Source: an uncultured Holophagae bacterium
GTDB lineage: Bacteria; Acidobacteriota; Thermoanaerobaculia; Thermoanaerobaculales; Sulfomarinibacteraceae
Length of the DNA: 64,000 nucleotides
NCBI GenBank assembly: GCA_963797055.1
Contig: CAWCOD010000005.1
Coordinates: 7,947 to 71,946 of the forward strand
Reading direction: 5' to 3'
Below are positions 57,241 to 64,000 of this stretch, in pieces (position 1 is the stretch's first letter; each line of letters starts with the position of its first letter). Position numbers and translations under genes: made by a program. The notes beneath the pieces were generated by a model that did not search any database, was not told where the DNA came from, and was given only the letters and a program-made list of their open reading frames with translations.

Positions 57241-59232
57241 GTGTACCCTGTGATCGTGGATCGCGACGACAAGGTGCCGGCTGCCACGCAACATCGCCAG
57301 GCAGAGCTGCAACAGCTCCGCGAGACGGTAGAGGATCTCAAAGCGCAGATCCGAGATCTCGAGGATCAGCTGACCGCGGTCCTGAAGGCCCGTGATGGGG
57401 ATCGACCTGCGGTGCCTGCTTCGGGGCCGTCCGAAGAGCCTGTGGCTCCGGGATCGCCACCCGTTCGAGGGCCGACCGCCGCGCTGAAGCGCACGGCCAA
57501 GCGGGCGATCCGAGGATCCCTCGGGGTGGCGCGTCTGGTGTGGGGTGCCGCGGATCCGGCGCAGCGCCACGTCGTGGCGGTCCGATACGACGCCGAGCCG
57601 GCACAAACGCTGCCTCAGATGACCGTGGTCGTGGAAGGAACCGAGATTCCAACCGGTCTCGTGCAGCAGACCCTCGAAGATCTCGAGGTCGCGCTCTGGG
57701 ACCGAACAGAGGGAACTCTCGCGTCCCTGACCCTCGACGGCGTCGAGACGGCCCGGGCGACCGTCAGGGACCGGGACGACATGCTATCGGCCATCGGTGG
57801 TGACTACATCATGACGTTTTCGCCAGCGGGCCCGCCGCTGTCGGCCTCGCTCATGGAGCGTCTCCAGTGGCTCGTGGCCTCCGAACGTCCCCACTACGTC
57901 CGTGTCGTCGCCGGTGGAGACGATGGGGACGCCGTTTTGGATGGCTGTCACCTACTGTGTTCCAGGGATGTCTGGGACCCGGAGTCGAGCCCGGCCCTGG
58001 CTCGTCTGGCCGAGGTCGCGCAAACCAGTCCCATGCTGGGTCTCACGGTCGGAATCGCGGACGGACTCGATGCCGTTGTGCCCAGGCTCGGTTCGCTCGG
58101 TCCGGGGAGTCACGGCGTGGTCTGCCGGACCGGCCGCTTCGATGTCTGGGCCGAAAACCGCACGGGCCCGGTGGAACACCGGGTCCGAACGCTTGCAGAA
58201 CACCCGGCGCGCGTCGCGGAGGGGGATGATCGTCCCACCGTGATCATGGTCGCCGCCGCGCCCCTGGAGGCCGGTTATGACCAGTTGGCGGCCGGAGTCG
58301 TGGCCGGTCTGGCCGACGACGTTCGGTTGGTGGTTGTCACGACCGCAGCCGACCACGGCTTGGCCCTTCGTCGAGCCGCCCAGATCGAACGGGCGGGCAC
58401 ATTGGTCTTCGAATTGGGTTCCGTCCTCGTTCCGTCGGTCTGGCCGTCGGCGGTGGGCCGGCTGGTGAACCGGTTCGAGCCGTCCACCGTGCTCGTGCTG
58501 GGCTCCGACCACCGTCTCAGTGCCACCTGGGCAGCGTGGGAAGATCGCGGAACCCGTATCGTGCACCTCGGTGGGAGCGGCGCGGGGACGACCGGGCTGC
58601 CTCAGGGATGGCCCCCTGTGGAGGTGCCCGAGGATATTCCGCCGCAGCGTCTCCTCGAGGTTCGAGCGGAGTTGGGCGTTCCGGTGGATCGGTTCCTCGT
58701 CGTGACGGCGGTTGATTTCGTGCTACGAACGCGGCCCGAGGACGTGGTGACGGTGGCCGACCGGCTTCGGGACGAACAGGGTCTTGAATTCCTGCTGGTG
58801 GGCGAGGGACCGCTGGAAGGGCATCTTGTGGACCTGATGCGCTATCTCGGACGAGTCAACGTCCGGCTGCGTCGCCCCCGCCACAGCCTGCACGAGTTGG
58901 TCGCGGCGGCTGATCTGGTGTTCGATCCTTCGGAAGACGCGGTCGTGAGACCGGCCGTGGTCGCTGCGGCGGCGGTTGGCACACCGGTAGTGACCACCCC
59001 GGGTGGCGGTGTCGCGACGTTGTTTCCCAACCCAGGTACGGCCGGATTGATCGTTCAGGAGGTGGGCGATTCCAAGGCGCTGGCGGACGCGATCCTGGAG
59101 GTTCGACGCCGTGGGTGGACGGCCATCGACCCCGAGCCGGTGCGAGAGGACATCCGGCGGCTGGCCTCGGTTGGCCTCGACGGTCTCCGAAGGGCGGTTC
59201 TGGGTCCCCTGTCCGCCGCCGACGGGAGCTGA
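57241..59232 (+). CDS. Large protein with an N-terminal coiled coil and a C-terminal GT-B (GT4-like) half-domain
   Basis: AELQQLRETVEDLKAQIRDLEDQLTAV. C-terminal FLLVGEGPLEGHLVDLMRYLG...ELVAAADLVFDPSED...AAAAVGTPVVTTPGGG. The GTG start is approximate (57241, 57250 or 57256). Confidence 0.55.
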   Translation: MYPVIVDRDDKVPAATQHRQAELQQLRETVEDLKAQIRDLEDQLTAVLKARDGDRPAVPASGPSEEPVAPGSPPVRGPTAALKRTAKRAIRGSLGVARLVWGAADPAQRHVVAVRYDAEPAQTLPQMTVVVEGTEIPTGLVQQTLEDLEVALWDRTEGTLASLTLDGVETARATVRDRDDMLSAIGGDYIMTFSPAGPPLSASLMERLQWLVASERPHYVRVVAGGDDGDAVLDGCHLLCSRDVWDPESSPALARLAEVAQTSPMLGLTVGIADGLDAVVPRLGSLGPGSHGVVCRTGRFDVWAENRTGPVEHRVRTLAEHPARVAEGDDRPTVIMVAAAPLEAGYDQLAAGVVAGLADDVRLVVVTTAADHGLALRRAAQIERAGTLVFELGSVLVPSVWPSAVGRLVNRFEPSTVLVLGSDHRLSATWAAWEDRGTRIVHLGGSGAGTTGLPQGWPPVEVPEDIPPQRLLEVRAELGVPVDRFLVVTAVDFVLRTRPEDVVTVADRLRDEQGLEFLLVGEGPLEGHLVDLMRYLGRVNVRLRRPRHSLHELVAAADLVFDPSEDAVVRPAVVAAAAVGTPVVTTPGGGVATLFPNPGTAGLIVQEVGDSKALADAILEVRRRGWTAIDPEPVREDIRRLASVGLDGLRRAVLGPLSAADGS

Positions 59233-59235
59233 ATC

Positions 59236-60354
59236 GTGGGGGCGCCGTTGATTTCGGTGGTCGTGCCCACCTTCAACCGGCTGGAAACGCTGGGAATCGT
59301 GCTCGATGCCTGGGAAATCCAGGAACCCGAAAGTCTGAATTTCGAAGTGGTGGTCATCGATGACGGCTCCGAGGACGGCACGGCCAAGATGTTGGCTGAC
59401 CGCGTTGGGCGGCGCTACCGATTGCTGGCGATGTCGCAGGCAAATGCCGGTCCGGCGGCGGCGCGGAATCTGGCGATCCAGGTCGCTTCGGGAGACATCG
59501 TGCTGTTTTCCGGTGACGACATCGAGCCCCATCCGCGATTGCTGGCCGAACATGCGGCCGGTCATGAGTCCGCGGACGATCCGTGCACCGCGATCCTCGG
59601 ATTGACCCGTTGGCCCGATGGGTACGAGCAGACCGCGACCATGCGTCACATTGACGGCGTCGGTGCTCAACAGTTCAGTTACCACTACTTCTCCGACGGG
59701 TCCGAGTACGACTTCAGACATTTCTACACGTCGAACGTCTCGCTGAGGAGGTCGCTGCTCGACCGAGAGGCCGGTGGATTCTGCACTGATTTTCCGTCGG
59801 CGGCGTTCGAGGACGCCGAGTTCGCCTACCGGCTCGCCGGACATGGCATGCGAATACGGTACCGGGCCGCCGCCGTGGCCTATCACCACCACCGGTATGA
59901 GGTGGGTGCCTTTTTTGATCGGCAAACACGTTGCGGTGAAATGGCGGCGGTCCTCTTGCGCAAACAGCCGGCGCTCAAGAAGTGGCTCGGAGTGACGCCG
60001 CTGGAGTGGCGGCGGCTGGAGGTCGTGGAGAAAACCGCCCGCTCGCGTGACGAGGTGCAGGTTGCGTCTGACCTCGAACGCTGGGAGCACAGAGCGCTCA
60101 ACCTGGCTGGGGTCTTCGATCGCCCCGCGCCGGAGGCGGTGGATGCGTTGCTGTACCCGCTGTTCGCGTACGGCTACGCGGCGGGTTTGTCGGATGCTCT
60201 GTTCGACGACGACTGCTCGCGGTGGGTCAAGACCGCCGAGTTTCTCCGGTTGGTGCCCCAGGGAGTGCGGGAACTCGAGCGGAGGACCGCCCTGGCCGGG
60301 ATCCCGGTTCCCCGCTCTGACGCGGTCCCACTCGCGAGGTTGGGCCTGTTGTGA
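59236..60354 (+). CDS. Glycosyltransferase family 2
   Basis: LISVVVPTFNRLETLGIVLDAW...VVVIDDGSEDGT...GPAAARNLAIQVASGDIVLFSGDD. Confidence 0.85.
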   Translation: MGAPLISVVVPTFNRLETLGIVLDAWEIQEPESLNFEVVVIDDGSEDGTAKMLADRVGRRYRLLAMSQANAGPAAARNLAIQVASGDIVLFSGDDIEPHPRLLAEHAAGHESADDPCTAILGLTRWPDGYEQTATMRHIDGVGAQQFSYHYFSDGSEYDFRHFYTSNVSLRRSLLDREAGGFCTDFPSAAFEDAEFAYRLAGHGMRIRYRAAAVAYHHHRYEVGAFFDRQTRCGEMAAVLLRKQPALKKWLGVTPLEWRRLEVVEKTARSRDEVQVASDLERWEHRALNLAGVFDRPAPEAVDALLYPLFAYGYAAGLSDALFDDDCSRWVKTAEFLRLVPQGVRELERRTALAGIPVPRSDAVPLARLGLL

Positions 60355-60412
60355 TGGGTCGATGGTGAGGAGTTGGTAGTTGCTCGCGGCTGAAGGCCGC
60401 GGCGACTCCCCG

Positions 60413-60458
60413 GGAATTCGAATTGCGTATTGCGAATTTCACCTCCCACCCAGTCCCA
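60413..60458. repeat. Heptamer array (GAATTGC type) plus C-box
   Basis: ggaattc gaattgc gtattgc gaatttc / cctcccacccagtccc. It is preceded by the small hairpin cgcggc-tgaag-gccgcg (60386-60402). Confidence 0.8.
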
Positions 60459-60645
60459 TGATCTCCTCCGAATTCCGACTCCCGAGTTCCGAATCCCGAA
60501 ACTGAGATCTTTGACAATGCGTTCACAATCGGCGAGTCGAGGTGTGATCTAAGCTACTTCTTCTCAAACGTGTCCGAAATACAGTGGTTCTGGGGACTTT
60601 GAGTACAAGAGCCGGAGTCCGGCCGACTTTCTCTGGAGGCATCTG

Positions 60646-63084
60646 TTGATTTGGAGGACACTGTCAGCGGCGGTCGTGGTCTTTGCCATGGCGCTTCCCG
60701 CCTCGGCGCAGGCGATCATCGAGGTGCCGACGGGGGTTGCGACCCTCAGTCAGGCACTGAGCCAGGTGCCGGACGGGGGGATCATCGTATTGGCGGCGGG
60801 AAGCTATCAATCGCCGTCGGGCGGGTTCATCATCTCCAACCCGAATCGGAGTTTCACCGTTCGTGCGGCCAGCGGCGCCTCGGTGACGCTGACCGGCGGG
60901 GGTTCCAGCCCGGTGCTCCGGTTCATCAACTCGGCTCCTGATCCTCAGGCCACCGTGATCTTCGAGAACCTGGTATTCGCAAACGGCCGGTCGGCGCTCA
61001 ATGGAGCCGCCGGTGGCGTCACCCTCGAAGCCGCATCAGCGACCTTCAGGAACTGTCTCTTCCGCGACAACACTTCGGTGGCGTCGATCACCGGCGGTGG
61101 CGGCACCGCCGTGTTCATCGATTCCGTGGCCCACTTCACCGACTGCGAGTGGCGGGACAACACCGCCGACAACGAGGGGGCGGGTCTTCGGGTTGGCGAG
61201 GGCTCGAAGGCCTATGTTCATCGGGGCCTGTTCACCGACAATCGGGCGAACCTGTCCGGACACCGACCCTCCGCCGCCGGAGGCGGCATCCACATCACCA
61301 ACTCCGAGGTGTGGGTGACAAACAGTCGATTCGACGGCAACCAGACCGGTTATGCAGGCGGAGCCATCTACGTCCTCGGCACGTGGCAGTCGCCCTTCAC
61401 AACACCGCGGGCCGAGCTGGTCGTCGCCAACTGCACTTTCGTCGACAACGAGGCAACTCCTCACTTTGCGGTCACTCCACCGGCACCGACCGAGGGTGGA
61501 GCCATTCACTCCGAGGACCAGGCCAGAGTCGAGATCATCAATTCCAGGTTCGTCGCCAATCAAGCCGATCTTGGGGGTGGTGTGAGCTCTTACCGGAGTG
61601 AGGTCGGCGTATCGAGCTCGGTTTTCCTCGGCAACCGTGCCGTGGGGGTTGGAGCCAGCACCGGTTTCGGCGGGGCGTTCAAGATCACCTCCGACGACAG
61701 CCACCTGGACGGACCGAACTACCCGAACGGTAGCCTCGTCCTCGAGGATTCCTTTGTCCAGTGTCGATATGGATCCACCACCACCGCGGCCCAGGTTGCC
61801 GCCGGCCTGTTCGCCAAGGGTGACGTGTGCCGCAACTACGGCAACGGCGGGTGTGACGAGCTCGGGACCGATGCTGCGAATCGCTGTGTGGTGGATGTTG
61901 ACAACGTGGTCTTTGCAGACTGTGATGTGGACCAGGGCGGGGTGGCAAATCAGGGCCTTGGTGGAGCGATGAGCGTCGCACTGACCTCTCTTACCCTGAC
62001 CGACTCGTTGGTCGTAGCCTCCAACGCCACCGGGAACGGTGCATCGGGGGGTGGCTTGCGAGTCGTCATCGAGTCGGACGCCGTGGTGGATCGCACGACC
62101 CTTGCCGGAAACACCGCCGTGCAATTCGGAGCTGCGGTCTTTGCCCAGGGGACGGCGATCGATTTCTCCGACTGCCAGTTCTTCGACAACGAGATCAGCC
62201 CGGGGGTGAACGAGTCCGAGGTTTCGAGCTTTGGAGCGGCTTTTTTTGTTGCACCCCTGGAAAATTGGGGCGTTGACCAGTTGGATTTTCCGGTCACAGG
62301 AGTTGTGGACAACTCGATTCTCAGCCGCAACGTGGGCATGCCGATATTTGACGACGATCGGAACCCCCAACCCATCAACGCCGTGCGGTACAACAACAAC
62401 GATTTTCACAACACGACCTTCGGTTCGAAGGTCTATCGCCACAACACGGCTCAATCCAAGACGCCTGCGGAACTTAACGCGCTGGTGATCTCCCACAGCG
62501 GTGTCGACAAGGGGACCGGCAACAGTTGGCTGTCCAACCCTCCCGAACTCGGTGCCCTCCGCGCCGTTCCACACCGGATTCTCAACGTCACCGCGGTCGG
62601 CGACCCGGAGTCTGTGACCAGGTCATACGTTGGCTATGCCTGGGACGGCGGAAATGCGACCCTCGATGGATCGCCTGTGAGCGGTGGTTATGGATGGGGA
62701 CCCACCTCCGCGGGGACCCACAACCTGTGGGTGCAGGGCACCCAATTCCAGGCAACCGTCGGTGTCGGTCCGACGCCGGCGGTGAGTTTCACCGCGACGC
62801 CGGAGATTTCCACACCGGGTCAGCCGGTCACGCTGTCGTGGTCGCTGGTATCGGGGACCTTCGTAGATGTCGAGATCGATCACGGTTTGAACCCGAGTGG
62901 CACGGCGTCCGGGCAGCTTGTCGTGACGCCGTCGGTCACGACCACCTACTCACTGCACATGCTCACCGAGGAGGGCGGAGCGACCGCAACGGCCACGGTC
63001 TGTATCAACTGCGAGAGCCCGCTGTTCTCCGATGGATTCGAGTCGGGTGATATTTCCGTCTGGTCTACCGCGGTGGTCGACTAG
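60646..63084 (+). CDS. Secreted right-handed beta-helix protein with Pmp-type (GGAI / FxxN) repeats
   Basis: Signal peptide MIWRTLSAAVVVFAMALPASAQA. Repeated GGA(I/V/F)... F(R/T/V/L)(D/G/A)N(T/R/Q/E) units (FRDNTS, FTDNRA, FDGNQT, FVDNEA, FVANQA, FLGNRA, GGAIYV, GGAIHS). The C-terminal tail is LFSDGFESGDISVWSTAVVD. Confidence 0.8.
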   Translation: MIWRTLSAAVVVFAMALPASAQAIIEVPTGVATLSQALSQVPDGGIIVLAAGSYQSPSGGFIISNPNRSFTVRAASGASVTLTGGGSSPVLRFINSAPDPQATVIFENLVFANGRSALNGAAGGVTLEAASATFRNCLFRDNTSVASITGGGGTAVFIDSVAHFTDCEWRDNTADNEGAGLRVGEGSKAYVHRGLFTDNRANLSGHRPSAAGGGIHITNSEVWVTNSRFDGNQTGYAGGAIYVLGTWQSPFTTPRAELVVANCTFVDNEATPHFAVTPPAPTEGGAIHSEDQARVEIINSRFVANQADLGGGVSSYRSEVGVSSSVFLGNRAVGVGASTGFGGAFKITSDDSHLDGPNYPNGSLVLEDSFVQCRYGSTTTAAQVAAGLFAKGDVCRNYGNGGCDELGTDAANRCVVDVDNVVFADCDVDQGGVANQGLGGAMSVALTSLTLTDSLVVASNATGNGASGGGLRVVIESDAVVDRTTLAGNTAVQFGAAVFAQGTAIDFSDCQFFDNEISPGVNESEVSSFGAAFFVAPLENWGVDQLDFPVTGVVDNSILSRNVGMPIFDDDRNPQPINAVRYNNNDFHNTTFGSKVYRHNTAQSKTPAELNALVISHSGVDKGTGNSWLSNPPELGALRAVPHRILNVTAVGDPESVTRSYVGYAWDGGNATLDGSPVSGGYGWGPTSAGTHNLWVQGTQFQATVGVGPTPAVSFTATPEISTPGQPVTLSWSLVSGTFVDVEIDHGLNPSGTASGQLVVTPSVTTTYSLHMLTEEGGATATATVCINCESPLFSDGFESGDISVWSTAVVD

Positions 63085-63088
63085 AAAG

Positions 63089-63126
63089 TCAGTAAATAGT
63101 GAATAGTGAATAGTGAATAGTGGATA
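63089..63126. repeat. Heptamer tandem array (ATAGTGA x4-5)
   Basis: tcagtaa atagtga atagtga atagtga atagtgg ataacc. Same unit class as 45125-45159 and, inverted, 31022-31050. Confidence 0.9.
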
Positions 63127-63231
63127 ACCGGGGCCACTGGGGGACACCTGAGTTCCCGACGCCGCAACGGCAGTGGAGCCCGGTTTTGTCCGCAGAGGCG
63201 GAAAGCACCGGTCGGCCGCGGAATCCACGCG

Positions 63232-63996
63232 TCACACTCCTGTCCCGGGTTTTCCCTGAACAACGCGGCCCGGAAGGGACTGTGCAGTGGCCCAGATACG
63301 GGCACCGAGCCGTCCGCCGACAAAGCAAGTGACTTCTTCTTCGATCAGGTCCGGCTTTGTGCGTACACAATCCTGAACAGCAGCGTAAGCTTTGACGTGA
63401 TCTTGGCGAACAAGATGTACCGCTGCAAGGGCAAGACGAGGCAGGTACAACCGGTCGTCGTCCTTACAGGCGCTTTCTGCAGCTTCCATCGCGGTGTCCA
63501 GTTGGCCCTGCGCCAACAGCGCCAGCGCGAGCACCGCCCCCCATACCGAACGCCGGCTGTCTGCGGGACTGCAGTTGATGCCTTCGGTCAGGTGCCTAGC
63601 TGCGGCTTCGTAGTCGCCCGTGATCATCAGAGCGGACCCGAGTGCCGTCTTCGCCTGCCCGTTCTGCGGATCCAGCTCGATCGCCTTGTTCAATATCGGG
63701 ATGGCGCGGTCCACCTGTCCGATATCGGCAAGGGCACACCCGACCAGGCTCAGGATCGTGGCATCCTGGCTCTCCAACTCGAGTGCCCGTTCTGCCGCCG
63801 CGATGGCGGCTGGCACAATGGTGTCATCGTCTCGTAGAAGCCCGACCCGATGCCCGAGAGCCTTGAGCAAGGCAAGATACGCGTGCGACAACGCAAGGTC
63901 CGGTTCCTGTTCGATAGCCCTTTCAATCATCTCGGTGGCTTCAACAAAGGTCGTTTGGTGCCACCCTTTCAAGCTGAGTAGCGCGATGGCCTGCAA
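63232..63996 (-). CDS. TPR-repeat protein (5' end probably beyond the window)
   Basis: Repeated 34-aa A/L/G-rich helical units, e.g. AIELDPQNGQAKTALGSALMITGDYEAAARHLTEGI. The ORF reaches the window edge. Confidence 0.7.
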   Translation of the reverse strand: MQAIALLSLKGWHQTTFVEATEMIERAIEQEPDLALSHAYLALLKALGHRVGLLRDDDTIVPAAIAAAERALELESQDATILSLVGCALADIGQVDRAIPILNKAIELDPQNGQAKTALGSALMITGDYEAAARHLTEGINCSPADSRRSVWGAVLALALLAQGQLDTAMEAAESACKDDDRLYLPRLALAAVHLVRQDHVKAYAAVQDCVRTKPDLIEEEVTCFVGGRLGARIWATAQSLPGRVVQGKPGTGV

Positions 63997-64000
63997 CAGA

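Noticed and set aside
1437-63126. The tandem arrays as CRISPR arrays
   Set aside because: The units are only 7 bp (8 bp once) and directly abut each other with no spacers. No cas genes are present.

Overview
High-GC bacterial chromosomal segment dominated by cell-envelope polysaccharide genes. (1) 70-22315: a Wzx/Wzc-type EPS locus. It holds a nucleotide-sugar dehydrogenase, a BY-kinase co-polymerase, a flippase, two sulfotransferases, several GT2/GT4 glycosyltransferases, a GNAT, a polysaccharide deacetylase and a pgl-like (PglC/D/E/F-type) amino-sugar module that ends in a clean intrinsic terminator. (2) 22466-30968: a lasso-peptide-type RiPP module nested in the sugar locus. It has an Asn-synthetase-like cyclase, a B2 protease, a PqqD/B1 protein, an HprK-like kinase, an ABC exporter, an uncharacterised-nucleotidyltransferase-family protein and one candidate 66-aa precursor. 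(3) 31104-49199: housekeeping and envelope genes. These are an AI-2E transporter, bactofilin, tRNA-Gly(CCC), a pseudopilin, an M20 peptidase, two histidine kinases, an amidase, an FG-GAP protein, Maf, an RluA-family synthase, an AAA ATPase, a DedA-like protein and an OppD/F ATPase pair. (4) 49353-63084: a second glycan block with GT4/GT2 genes, a Wzm/Wzt ABC-2 exporter, a sulfatase-like lipoprotein and a Pmp-repeat beta-helix protein. The window ends inside a TPR gene. Three non-genic layers stand out. First, almost every operon boundary carries AT-rich 7-bp tandem arrays joined to C- or G-rich boxes, and one inverted pair brackets a four-helix-bundle gene. Second, a ~70-nt element with palindromic GGTGCC(A/T)GGCACC termini occurs three times, twice bracketing a glycosyltransferase gene. 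Third, roughly 40 single-base frameshifts are confined to two blocks (about 7.5-20.5 kb and 30.7-45 kb), while other long genes are intact. That pattern fits block-wise indel errors in the assembly better than ancient decay. No rRNA, CRISPR array, transposase or integrase was seen.
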